From assembly GCF_009914755.1 (NCBI RefSeq), contig NC_060939.1: a stretch of 64,000 nucleotides of DNA. One strand, written 5' to 3'. Below the pieces are notes generated by a model. That model was given only the letters and a program-made list of their open reading frames with translations. It was not told the origin of the DNA and did no database searches. This stretch comes from the human T2T-CHM13v2.0 reference genome, Homo sapiens. The position numbers and the translations under genes were made by a program. This document shows, piece by piece, positions 24,901 to 39,900 of this stretch. Every line of letters starts with the position of its first letter. Position 1 is the first letter of the stretch.

Positions 24901-27900
24901 TGCATTCCATTCCACTCCATTCCATATTATTCCATTACACTCCATTCCATTCTATCACTTTCATTTCCATTCAATTCCATTCCATTTGATTCCATTCCAC
25001 TCGGTTTCATTCCATTTGAGTCCACTCCATTCCATTCCATTGCATTCCATTCAGTTCCATTCCATTCTGTTCCATTCCATTCCGTTCCATTACATTCCAT
25101 TCCATTCGGTACCATTCCATATTGTTCCATTCGATTCCATTCGAATCCATTCCATTCCAGTCCATTCCATTCGATTCCATTCCATTCATTTCAATTCCAT
25201 TCCATTCCATTCCATTACATTCCACTTGATTCCTCTCCATTCCCTTCCACTGCATTCCGTTCGATTCCATTCCATTGCATTGCATTCCATTCCATTGTAT
25301 TGCATTCCATTCGATTCCATTCCATTCGAATCAATTACATAGCAATCCATTACATTCGAGTCTATTCTATTCCGTTCCATTCGATTTCGTTCCAATCCAT
25401 TCTATTCCATTCCATTCGATTCCATTCCATACTATTGCATTCCATTCGATTACATTATATTCGAATAAGTTCCATTCAAGACCATTTCTTTTGAGTCCAT
25501 TCTATTTGAGTCCATTCCCTTTGATTCCATAACATTTGAGTCCATTCAATTCCATTCCTTTCGTTTCCATTCCATTTGATGCCATTCCATTCAATTCTGT
25601 TCTACTCGACTCCAATACACTCAATTCCATTCCATCCGATTCCATTACATTCTTTTCATTTCTTATCCATTTCAAGCCATTCCACTCCATTCCATTCCAC
25701 TCGTTTCCTTTCCATTCGAGTCCATTCCTCTCCAGTCCATTCCGTTCAATCCATTCCATTCCAGTCCATTCCATTCGAGTCCGTTCCATTCCAGTCCATT
25801 CCATTCGAGTCAATTCCATTCCATTCGATGTCTTTCCATAACGATCCATTCCATTCTATTCCTTTCGATTCCATTCCATTCTATTTCATTCCATTCGATT
25901 CCCTTCCATTGGACTCCTTTCCATTCGAGTGCATTCCATTCCTTTCCATTTCTTTCCGTTCTGTACGATTCCTACCGTTCGATTTCATTTTGTTCCAGTC
26001 CATTCCTTTCGCGTCCATTCCATTCCATTTCACTCCATTCGATTCCATTCCACTCGATTCCACTTCGTTCCATTTCATTGCATTCCATTCTATTCAACTC
26101 TATTGCCTTCCATTCCATTCCATTCGATTACATTCCATGCGATTCCATTCGAAATCGAATCAATTACATTGCAATCCATTACTATTGAGTCCGTTTTATT
26201 CCAGTCCACTGCATTCTGGTCCATTCCATTTGATTCCATTCCATTCTATTCCATTCCATACAGTTGCATTCCATTGGATTCCATGCTATATCTATAAATT
26301 CAATTCGAGACCATTGCTTTTGAGTCCATTCTATAGGATTCCATTCCATTCAAGTCCATTACATTTGGTTCAATTCCATTCCATTCCATTCCCTTCCATT
26401 CCATTCCATTTGATATCAATCCATTCGATTCCATTCCATTCGAGCACATTCCATTCGAGTCCATTCCATTCGATGCCATTCCATTTGATTCTATTCCATT
26501 AGTCTCCATTCAATTCCATTAATCTCCATTCCATTCCATTCTACTCCAACTGATTCCATTCCATTCTATTCCTTTCCATTCCATTTCATTCCATTCCATT
26601 CCATTTCATTCCATTCCATTCCATTCGTGTCCATTGCACTCCAGTCCATTCCATTCGTGTCCATTCCATTCCAGTCCATTCCATTTGTGTCCACTGCATT
26701 CCATTCCACTCCATTCCATATTATTCCATTACACTCCATTCCATTCTATCTCTTTCATTTCCATTCAATTCCATTCCATTTGATTCCATTCCACTCGGTT
26801 TCATTCCATTTGAGTCCACTCCATTCCATTCCATTGCATTCCATTCAGTTCCATTCCATTCTTTTCCATTCCATTCCGTTCCATTACATTCAATTCCATT
26901 CGGTACCATTCCATATTGTTCCATTCGATTCCATTCGAATCCATTCCATTCCAGTCCATTCCATTCGATTCCATTCCATTCATTTCAATTCCATTCCATT
27001 CCATTCCATTACATTCCACTTGATTCCTCTCCATTCCCTTCCACTGCATTCTGTTCGATTCCATTCCATTGCATTGCATTCCATTCCATTGGATTGCATT
27101 CCATTCGATTCCATTCCATTCGAATCAATTACATAGCAATCCATTACATTCGAGTCTATTCTATTCCGTTCCATTCGATTTCGTTCCAATCCATTCGATT
27201 CCATTCCATTCGATTCCATTCCATACTATTGCATTCCATTCGATTACATTATATTCGAATAAGTTCCATTCAAGACCATTTCTTTTGAGTCCATTCTATT
27301 TGAGTCCATTCCCTTTGATTCCATAACATTTGAGTCCATTCAATTCCATTCCTTTCGTTTCCATTCCATTTGATGCCATTCCATTCAATTCTGTTCTACT
27401 CGACTCCAATACACTCAATTCCATTCCATCCGATTCCATTACATTCTTTTCATTTCTCATCCATTTCAAGCCATTCCACTCCATTCCATTCCACTCGTTT
27501 CCTTTCCATTCGAGTCCATTCCTCTCCAGTCCATTCCGTTCAATCCATTCCATTCCATTCCATTCCATTCGAGTCCGTTCCATTCCAGTCCATTCCATTC
27601 GAGTCAATTCCATTCCATTCGATGTCTTTCCATAACGATCCATTCCATTCTATTCCTTTCGATTCCATTCCATTGTATTTCATTCCATTCGATTCCCTTC
27701 CATTGGACTCCTCTCCATTCGAGTGCATTCCATTCCTTTCCATTTCTTTCCGTTCTGTACGATTCCTACCGTTCGATTTCATTTTGTTCCAGTCCATTCC
27801 TTTCGCGTCCATTCCATTCCATTTCACTCCATTCGATTCCATTCCACTCGATTCCACTTCGTTCCATTTCATTGCATTCCATTCTATTCAACTCTATTGC

Positions 27901-30900
27901 CTTCCATTCCATTCCATTCGATTACATTCCATGCGATTCCATTCGAAATCGAATCAATTACATTGCAATCCATTACTATTGAGTCCGTTTTATTCCAGTC
28001 CACTGCATTCTGGTCCATTCCATTTGATTCCATTCCATTCTATTCCATTCCATACAGTTGCATTCCATTGGATTCCATGCTATATCTATAAATTCAATTC
28101 GAGACCATTGCTTTTGAGTCCATTCTATATGATTCCATTCCATTCAAATCCATTACTTTTGGTTCAATTCCATTCCATTCCATTCCCTTCCATTCCATTC
28201 CATTTGATATCAATCCATTCGATTCCATTCCATTCGAGCACATTCCATTCGAGACCATTCCATTCGATGCCATTCCATTTGATTCTATTCCATTAGTCTC
28301 CATTCAATTCCATTAATCTCCATTCCATTCCATTCTACTCCAACTGATTCCATTCCATTCTATTCCTTTCCATTCCATTTCATTCCATTCCATTCCATTT
28401 CATTCCATTCCATTCCATTCGTGTCCATTCCACTCCAGTCCATTCCATTCGTGTCCATTCCATTCCAGTCCATTCCATTTGTGTCCACTGCATTCCATTC
28501 CACTCCATTCCATATTATTCCATTACACTCCATTCCATTCTATCACTTTCATTTCCATTCAATTCCATTCCATTTGATTCCATTCCACTCGGTTTCATTC
28601 CATTTGAGTCCACTCCATTCCATTCCATTGCATTCCATTCAGTTCCATTCCATTCTGTTCCATTCCATTCCGTTCCATTACATTCCATTCCATTCGGTAC
28701 CATTCCATATTGTTCCATTCGATTCCATTCGAATCCATTCCATTCCAGTCCATTCCATTCGATTCCATTCCATTCATTTCAATTCCATTCCATTCCATTC
28801 CATTACATTCCACTTGATTCCTCTCCATTCCCTTCCACTGCATTCCGTTCGATTCCATTCCATTGCATTGCATTCCATTCCATTGGATTGCATTCCATTC
28901 GATTCCATTCCATTCGAATCAATTACATAGCAATCCATTGCATTCGAGTCTATTCTCTTCCGTTCCATTCGATTTCGTTCCAATCCATTCGATTCCATTC
29001 CATTCGATTCCATTCCATACTATTGCATTCCATTCGATTACATTATATTCGAATAAGTTCCATTCAAGACCATTTCTTTTGAGTCCATTCTATTTGAGTC
29101 CATTCCCTTTGATTCCATAACATTTGAGTCCATTCAATTCCATTCCTTTCGTTTCCATTCCATTTGATGCCATTCCATTCAATTCTGTTCTACTCGACTC
29201 CAATACACTCAATTCCATTCCATCCGATTCCATTACATTCTTTTCATTTCTTATCCATTTCAAGCCATTCCACTCCATTCCATTCCACTCGTTTCCTTTC
29301 CATTCGAGTCCATTCCTCTCCAGTCCATTCCGTTCAATCCATTCCATTCCAGTCCATTCCATTCGAGTCCGTTCCATTCCAGTCCATTCCATTCGAGTCA
29401 ATTCCATTCCATTCGATGTCTTTCCATAACGATCCATTCCATTCTATTCCTTTCGATTCCATTCCATTCTATTTCATTCCATTCGATTCCCTTCCTTTGG
29501 ACTCCTTTCCATTCGAGTGCATTCCATTCCGTTCCATTTCTTTCCGTTCTGTACGATTCCTACCGTTCGATTTCATTTTGTTCCAGTCCATTCCTTTCGC
29601 GTCCATTCCATTCCATTTCACTCCATTCGATTCCATTCCACTCGATTCCACTTCGTTCCATTTCATTGCATTCCATTCTATTCAACTCTATTGCCTTCCA
29701 TTCCATTCCATTCGATTACATTCCATGCGATTCCATTCGAAATCGAATCAATTACATTGCAATCCATTACTATTGAGTCCGTTTTATTCCAGTCCACTGC
29801 ATTCTGGTCCATTCCATTTGATTCCATTCCATTCTATTCCATTCCATACAGTTGCATTCCATTGGATTCCATGCTATATCTATAAATTCAATTCGAGACC
29901 ATTGCTTTTGAGTCCATTCTATATGATTCCATTCCATTCAAATCCATTACATTTGGTTCAATTCCATTCCATTCCATTCCCTTCCATTCCATTCCATTTG
30001 ATATCAATCCATTCGATTCCATTCCATTCGAGCACATTCCATTCGAGTCCATTCCATTCGATGCCATTCCATTTGATTCTATTCCATTAGTCTCCATTCA
30101 ATTCCATTAATCTCCATTCCATTCCATTCTACTCCAACGGATTCCATTCCATTCTATTCCTTTCCATTCCATTTCATTCCATTCCATTCCATTTCATTCC
30201 ATTCCATTCCATTCGTGTCCATTCCACTCCAGTCCATTCCATTCGTGTCCATTCCATTCCAGTCCATTCCATTTGTGTCCACTGCATTCCATTCCACTCC
30301 ATTCCATATTATTCCTTTACACTCCATTCCATTCTATCACTTTCATTTCCATTCAATTCCATTCCATTTGATTCCATTCCACTCGGTTTCATTCCATTTG
30401 AGTCCACTCCATTCCATTCCATTGCATTCCATTCAGTTCCATTCCATTCTGTTCCATTCCATTCCGTTCCATTACATTCCATTCCATTCGGTACCATTCC
30501 ATATTGTTCCATTCGATTCCATTCGAATCCATTCCATTCCAGTCCATTCCATTCGATTCCATTCCATTCATTTCAATTCCATTCCATTCCATTCCATTAC
30601 ATTCCACTTGATTCCTCTCCATTCCCTTCCACTGCATTCCGTTCGATTCCATTCCATTGCATTGCATTCCATTCCATTGGATTGCATTCCATTCGATTCC
30701 ATTCCATTCGAATCAATTACATAGCAATCCATTACATTCGAGTCTATTCTCTTCCGTTCCATTCGATTTCGTTCCAATCCATTGGATTCCATTCCATTCG
30801 ATTCCATTCCATACTATTGCATTCCATTCTATTACATTATATTCGAATAAGTTCCATTCAAGACCATTTCTTTTGAGTCCATTCTATTTGAGTCCATTCC

Positions 30901-33900
30901 CTTTGATTCCATAACATTTGAGTCCATTCAATTCCATTCCTTTCGTTTCCATTCCATTTGATGCCATTCCATTCAATTCTGTTCTACTCGACTCCAATAC
31001 ACTCAATTCCATTCCATCCGATTCCATTACATTCTTTTCATTTCTTATCCATTTCAAGCCATTCCACTCCATTCCATTCCACTCGTTTCCTTTCCATTCG
31101 AGTCCATTCCTCTCCAGTCCATTCCGTTCAATCCATTCCATTCCAGTCCATTCCATTCGAGTCCGTTCCATTCCAGTCCATTCCATTCGAGTCAATTCCA
31201 TCCCATTCGATGTCTTTCCATAACGATCCATTCCATTCTATTCCTTTTGATTCCATTCCATTCTATTTCATTCCATTCGATTCCCTTCCATTGGACTCCT
31301 TTCCATTCGAGTGCATTCCATTCCTTTCCATTTCTTTCCGTTCTGTACGATTCCTACCGTTCGATTTCATTTTGTTCCAGTCCATTCCTTTCGCGTCCAT
31401 TCCATTCCATTTCACTCCATTCGATTCCATTCCACTCGATTCCACTTCGTTCCATTTCATTGCATTCCATTCTATTCAACTCTATTGCCTTCCATTCCAT
31501 TCCATTCGATTACATTCCATGCGATTCCATTCGAAATCGAATCAATTACATTGCAATCCATTACTATTGAGTCCGTTTTATTCCAGTCCACTGCATTCTG
31601 GTCCATTCCATTTGATTCCATTCCATTCTATTCCATTCCATACAGTTGCATTCCATTGGATTCCATGCTATATCTATAAATTCAATTCGAGACCATTGCT
31701 TTTGAGTCCATTCTATATGATTCCATTCCATTCAAGTCCATTACATTTGGTTCAATTCCATTCCATTCCATTCCCTTCCATTCCATTCCATTTGATATCA
31801 ATCCATTCGATTCCATTCCATTCGAGCACATTCCATTCGAGTCCATTCCATTCGATGCCATTCCATTTGATTCTATTCCATTAGTCTCCATTCAATTCCA
31901 TTAATCTCCATTCCATTCCATTCTACTCCAACTGATTCCATTCCATTCTATTCCTTTCCATTCCATTTCATTCCATTCCATTCCATTTCATTCCATTCCA
32001 TTCCATTCGTGTCCATTCCACTCCAGTCCATTCCATTCGTGTCCATTCCATTCCAGTCCATTCCATTTGTGTCCACTGCATTCCATTCCACTCCATTCCA
32101 TATTATTCCATTACACTCCATTCCATTCTATTACTTTCATTTCCATTCAATTCCATTCCATTTGATTCCATTCCACTCGGTTTCATTCCATTTGAGTCCA
32201 CTCCATTCCATTCCATTCAGTTCCATTCCATTCTGTTCCATTCCATTCCCTTCCATTACATTCCATTCCATTCGGTACCATTCCATATTTTTCCATTCGA
32301 TTCCATTCGAATCCATTCCATTCCAGTCCATTCCATTCGATTCCATTCCATTCATTTCAATTCCATTCCATTCCATTCCATTACATTCCACTTGATTCCT
32401 CTCCATTCCCTTCCACTGCATTCCGTTCGATTCCATTCCATTGCATTGCATTCCATTACATTGGATTGCATTCCATTCGATTCCATTCCATTCGAATCAA
32501 TTACATAGCAATCCATTACATTCGAGTCTATTCTCTTCCGTTCCATTCGATTTCGTTCCAATCCATTCGATTCCATTCCATTCGATTCCATTCCATGCTA
32601 TTGCATTCCATTCTATTACATTATATTCGAATAAGTTCCATTCAAGACCATTTCTTTTGAGTCCATTCTATTTGAGTCCATTCCCTTTGATTCCATAACA
32701 TTTGAGTCCATTCAATTCCATTCCTTTCGTTTCCATTCCATTTGATGCCATTCCATTCAATTCTGTTCTACTCGACTCCAATACATTCAATTCCATTCCA
32801 TCCGATTCCATTACATTCTTTTCATTTCTTATCCATTTCAAGCCATTCCACTCCATTCCATTCCACTCGTTTCCTTTCCATTCGAGTCCATTCCTCTCCA
32901 GTCCATTCCGTTCAATCCATTCCATTCCAGTCCATTCCATTCGAGTCCGTTCCATTCCAGTCCATTCCATTCGAGTCAATTCCATTCCATTCGATGTCTT
33001 TCCATAACGATCCATTCCATTCTATTCCTTTCGATTCCATTCCATTCTATTTCATTCCATTCGATTCCCTTCCATTGGACTCCTTTCCATTCGAGTGCAT
33101 TCCATTCCGTTCCATTTCTTTCCGTTCTGTACGATTCCTACCGTTCGATTTCATTTTGTTCCAGTCCATTCCTTTCGCGTCCATTCCATTCCATTTCACT
33201 CCATTCGATTCCATTCCACTCGATTCCACTTCGTTCCATTTCATTGCATTCCATTCTATTCAACTCTATTGCCTTCCATTCCATTCCATTCGATTACATT
33301 CCATGCGATTCCATTCGAAATCGAATCAATTACATTGCAATCCATTACTATTGAGTCCGTTTTATTCCAGTCCACTGCATTCTGGTCCATTCCATTTGAT
33401 TCCATTCCATTCTATTCCATTCCATACAGTTGCATTCCATTGGATTCCATGCTATATCTATAAATTCAATTCGAGACCATTGCTTTTGAGTCCATTCTAT
33501 ATGATTCCATTCCATTCAAGTCCATTACATTTGGTTCAATTCCATTCCATTCCATTCCCTTCCATTCCATTCCATTTGATATCAATCCATTCGATTCCAT
33601 TCCATTCGAGCACATTCCATTCGAGTCCATTCCATTCGATGCCATTCCATTTGATTCTATTCCATTAGTCTCCATTCAATTCCATTAATCTCCATTCCAT
33701 TCCATTCTACTCCAACTGATTCCATTCCATTCTATTCCTTTCCATTCCATTTCATTCCATTCCATTCCATTTCATTCCATTCCATTCCATTCGCTTCCAT
33801 TCCATTCGTGTCCATTCCACTCCAGTCCATTCCATTCGTGTCCATTCCATTCCAGTCCATTCCATTTGTGTCCACTGCACTCCATTCCACTCCATTCCAT

Positions 33901-36900
33901 ATTATTCCATTACACTCCATTCCATTCTATTACTTTCATTTCCATTCAATTCCATTCCATTTGATTCCATTCCACTCGGTTTCATTCCATTTGAGTCCAC
34001 TCCATTCCATTCCATTCCATTCAGTTCCATTCCATTCTGTTCCATTCCATTCCGTTCCATTCCATTCCATTCCATGCGGTACCATTCCATATTGTTCCAT
34101 TCGATTCCATTCGAATCCATTCCATTCCAGTCCATTCCATTCGATACCATTCCATTCATTTCAATTCCATTCCATTCCATTACATTACATTCCACTTGAT
34201 TCCTCTCCATTCCCTTCCACTGCATTCCGTTCGATTCCATTCCATTGCATTGCATTCCATTCCATTGGATTGCATTCCATTCGATTCCATTCCATTCGAA
34301 TCAATTACATAGCAATCCATTACATTCGAGTCTATTCTATTCCGTTCCATTCGATTTCGTTCCAATCCATTCGATTCCATTCCATTCGATTCCATTCCAT
34401 ACTATTGCATTCCATTCGATTACATTATATTCGAATAAGTTCCATTCAAGACCATTTCTTTTGAGTCCATTCTATTTGAGTCCATTCCCTTTGATTCCAT
34501 AACATTTGAGTCCATTCAATTCCATTCCTTTCGTTTCCATTCCATTTGATGCCATTCCATTCAATTCTGTTCTACTCGACTCCAATACATTCAATTCCAT
34601 TCCATCCGATTCCATTACATTCTTTTCATTTCTTATCCATTTCAAGCCATTCCACTCCATTCCATTCCACTCGTTTCCTTTCCATTCGAGTCCATTCCTC
34701 TCCAGTCCATTCCGTTCAATCCATTCCATTCCAGTCCATTCCATTCGAGTCCGTTCCATTCCAGTCCATTCCATTCGAGTCAATTCCATTCCATTCGATG
34801 TCTTTCCATAACGATCCATTCCATTCTATTCCTTTCGATTCCATTCCATTCTATTTCATTCCATTCGATTCCCTTCCATTGGACTCCTTTCCATTCGAGT
34901 GCATTCCATTCCTTTCCATTTCTTTCCGTTCTGTACGATTCCTACCGTTCGATTTCATTTTGTTCCAGTCCATTCCTTTCGCGTCCATTCCATTCCATTT
35001 CACTCCATTCGATTCCATTCCACTCGATTCCACTTCGTTCCATTTCATTGCATTCCATTCTATTCAACTCTATTGCCTTCCATTCCATTCCATTCGATTA
35101 CATTCCATGCGATTCCATTCGAAATCGAATCAATTACATTGCAATCCATTACTATTGAGTCCGTTTTATTCCAGTCCACTGCATTCTGGTCCATTCCATT
35201 TGATTCCATTCCATTCTATTCCATTCCATACAGTTGCATTCCATTGGATTCCATGCTATATCTATAAATTCAATTCGAGACCATTGCTTTTGAGTCCATT
35301 CTATATGATTCCATTCCATTCAAGTCCATTACATTTGGTTCAATTCCATTCCATTCCATTCCCTTCCATTCCATTCCATTTGATATCAATCCATTCGATT
35401 CCATTCCATTCGAGCACATTCCATTCGAGTCCATTCCATTCGATGCCATTCCATTTGATTCTATTCCATTAGTCTCCATTCAATTCCATTAATCTCCATT
35501 CCATTCCATTCTACTCCAACTGATTCCATTCCATTCTATTCCTTTCCATTCCATTTCATTCCATTCCATTCCATTCCATTTCATTCCATTCCATTCCATT
35601 CGCTTCCATTCCATTCGTGTCCATTCCACTCCAGTCCATTCCATTCGTGTCCATTCCATTCCAGTCCATTCCATTTGTGTCCACTGCATTCCATTCCACT
35701 CCATTCCATATTATTCCATTACACTCCATTCCATTCTATTACTTTCATTTCCATTCAATTCCATTCCATTTGATTCCATTCCACTCGGTTTCATTCCATT
35801 TGAGTCCACTCCATTCCATTCCATTGCATTCCATTCAGTTCCATTCCATTCTGTTCCATTCCATTCCGTTCCATTACATTCCATTCCATTCGGTACCATT
35901 CCATATTGTTCCATTCGATTCCATTCGAATCCATTCCATTCCAGTCCATTCCATTCGATTCCATTCCATTCATTTCAATTCCATTCCATTCCATTCCATT
36001 ACATTCCACTTGATTCCTCTCCATTCCCTTCCACTGCATTCCGTTCGATTCCATTCCATTGCATTGCATTCCATTCCATTGGATTGCATTCCATTCGATT
36101 CCATTCCATTCGAATCAATTACATAGCAATCCATTACATTCGAGTCTATTCTATTCCGTTCCATTCGATTTCGTTCCAATCCATTCGATTCCATTCCATT
36201 CGATTCCATTCCATACTATTGCATTCCATTCGATTACATTATATTCGAATAAGTTCCATTCAAGACCATTTCTTTTGAGTCCATTCTATTTGAGTCCATT
36301 CCCTTTGATTCCATAACATTTGAGTCCATTCAATTCCATTCCTTTCGTTTCCATTCCATTTGATGCCATTCCATTCAATTCTGTTCTACTCGACTCCAAT
36401 ACATTCAATTCCATTCCATCCGATTCCATTACATTCTTTTCATTTCTTATCCATTTCAAGCCATTCCACTCCATTCCATTCCACTCGTTTCCTTTCCATT
36501 CGAGTCCATTCCTCTCCAGTCCATTCCATTCAATCCATTCCATTTCAGTCCATTCCATTCGAGTCCGTTCCATTCCAGTCCATTCCATTCGAGTCAATTC
36601 CATTCCATTCGATGTCTTTCCATAACGATCCATTCCATTCTATTCCTTTCGATTCCATTCCATTCTATTTCATTCCATTCGATTCCCTTCCATTGGACTC
36701 CTTTCCATTCGAGTGCATTCCATTCCGTTCCATTTCTTTCCGTTCTGTACGATTCCTACCGTTTGATTTCATTTTGTTCCAGTCCATTCCTTTCGCGTCC
36801 ATTCCATTCCATTTCACTCCATTCGATTCCATTCCACTCGATTCCACTTCGTTCCATTTCATTGCATTCCATTCTATTCAACTCTATTGCCTTCCATTCC

Positions 36901-39900
36901 ATTCCATTCGATTACATTCCATGCGATTCCATTCGAAATCGAATCAATTACATTGCAATCCATTACTATTGAGTCCGTTTTATTCCAGTCCACTGCATTC
37001 TGGTCCATTCCATTTGATTCCATTCCATTCTATTCCATTCCATACAGTTGCATTCCATTGGATTCCATGCTATATCTATAAATTCAATTCGAGACCATTG
37101 CTTTTGAGTCCATTCTATATGATTCCATTCCATTCAAATCCATTACTTTTGGTTCAATTCCATTCCATTCCATTCCCTTCCATTCCATTCCATTTGATAT
37201 CAATCCATTCGATTCCATTCCATTCGAGCACATTCCATTCGAGACCATTCCATTCGATGCCATTCCATTTGATTCTATTCCATTAGTCTCCATTCAATTC
37301 CATTAATCTCCATTCCATTCCATTCTACTCCAACTGATTCCATTCCATTCTATTCCTTTCCATTCCATTTCATTCCATTCCATTCCATTTCATTCCATTC
37401 CATTCCATTCGTGTCCATTCCACTCCAGTCCATTCCATTCGTGTCCATTCCATTCCAGTCCATTCCATTTGTGTCCACTGCATTCCATTCCACTCCATTC
37501 CATATTATTCCATTACACTCCATTCCATTCTATTACTTTCATTTCCATTCAATTCCATTCCATTTGATTCCATTCCACTCGGTTTCATTCCATTTGAGTC
37601 CACTCCATTCCATTCCATTCCATTCCATTCAGTTCCATTCCATTCTGTTCCATTCCATTCCCTTCCATTACATTCCATTCCATTCGGTACCATTCCATAT
37701 TGTTCCATTCGATTCCATTCGAATCCATTCCATTCCAGTCCATTCCATTCGATTCCATTCCATTCATTTCAATTCCATTCCATTCCATTCCATTACATTC
37801 CACTTGATTCCTCTCCATTCCCTTCCACTGCATTCCGTTCGATTCCATTCCATTGCATTGCATTCCATTCCATTGGATTGCATTCCATTCGATTCCATTC
37901 CATTCGAATCAATTACATAGCAATCCATTACATTCGAGTCTATTCTCTTCCGTTCCATTCGATTTCGTTCCAATCCATTCGATTCCATTCCATTCGATTC
38001 CATTCCATGCTATTGCATTCCATTCTATTACATTATATTCGAATAAGTTCCATTCAAGACCATTTCTTTTGAGTCCATTCTATTTGAGTCCATTCCCTTT
38101 GATTCCATAACATTTGAGTCCATTCAATTCCATTCCTTTCGTTTCCATTCCATTTGATGCCATTCCATTCAATTCTGTTCTACTCGACTCCAATACATTC
38201 AATTCCATTCCATCCGATTCCATTACATTCTTTTCATTTCTTATCCATTTCAAGCCATTCCACTCCATTCCATTCCACTCGTTTCCTTTCCATTCGAGTC
38301 CATTCCTCTCCAGTCCATTCCGTTCAATCCATTCCATTCCAGTCCATTCCATTCGAGTCCGTTCCATTCCAGTCCATTCCATTCGAGTCAATTCCATTCC
38401 ATTCGATGTCTTTCCATAACGATCCATTCCATTCTATTCCTTTCGATTCCATTCCATTCTATTTCATTCCATTCGATTCCCTTCCATTGGACTCCTTTCC
38501 ATTCGAGTGCATTCCATTCCGTTCCATTTCTTTCCGTTCTGTACGATTCCTACCGTTCGATTTCATTTTGTTCCAGTCCATTCCTTTCGCGTCCATTCCA
38601 TTCCATTTCACTCCATTCGATTCCATTCCACTCGATTCCACTTCGTTCCATTTCATTGCATTCCATTCTATTCAACTCTATTGCCTTCCATTCCATTCCA
38701 TTCGATTACATTCCATGCGATTCCATTCGAAATCGAATCAATTACATTGCAATCCATTACTATTGAGTCCGTTTTATTCCAGTCCACTGCATTCTGGTCC
38801 ATTCCATTTGATTCCATTCCATTCTATTCCATTCCATACAGTTGCATTCCATTGGATTCCATGCTATATCTATAAATTCAATTCGAGACCATTGCTTTTG
38901 AGTCCATTCTATATGATTCCATTCCATTCAAATCCATTACATTTGGTTCAATTCCATTCCATTCCATTCCCTTCCATTCCATTCCATTTGATATCAATCC
39001 ATTCGATTCCATTCCATTCGAGCACATTCCATTCGAGTCCATTCCATTCGATGCCATTCCATTTGATTCTATTCCATTAGTCTCCATTCAATTCCATTAA
39101 TCTCCATTCCATTCCAATCTACTCCAACGGATTCCATTCCATTCTATTCCTTTCCATTCCATTTCATTCCATTCCATTCCATTTCATTCCATTCCATTCC
39201 ATTCGTGTCCATTCCACTCCAGTCCATTCCATTCGTGTCCATTCCATTCCAGTCCATTCCATTTGTGTCCACTGCATTCCATTCCACTCCATTCCATATT
39301 ATTCCTTTACACTCCATTCCATTCTATCACTTTCATTTCCATTCAATTCCATTCCATTTGATTCCATTCCACTCGGTTTCATTCCATTTGAGTCCACTCC
39401 ATTCCATTCCATTGCATTCCATTCAGTTCCATTCCATTCTGTTCCATTCCATTCCGTTCCATTACATTCCATTCCATTCGGTACCATTCCATATTGTTCC
39501 ATTCGATTCCATTCGAATCCATTCCATTCCAGTCCATTCCATTCGATTCCATTCCATTCATTTCAATTCCATTCCATTCCATTCCATTACATTCCACTTG
39601 ATTCCTCTCCATTCCCTTCCACTGCATTCCGTTCGATTCCATTCCATTGCATTGCATTCCATTCCATTGGATTGCATTCCATTCGATTCCATTCCATTCG
39701 AATCAATTACATAGCAATCCATTACATTCGAGTCTATTCTCTTCCGTTCCATTCGATTTCGTTCCAATCCATTGGATTCCATTCCATTCGATTCCATTCC
39801 ATACTATTGCATTCCATTCTACTACATTATATTCCAATAAGTTCCATTCAAGACCATTTCTTTTGAGTCCATTCTATTTGAGTCCATTCCCTTTGATTCC

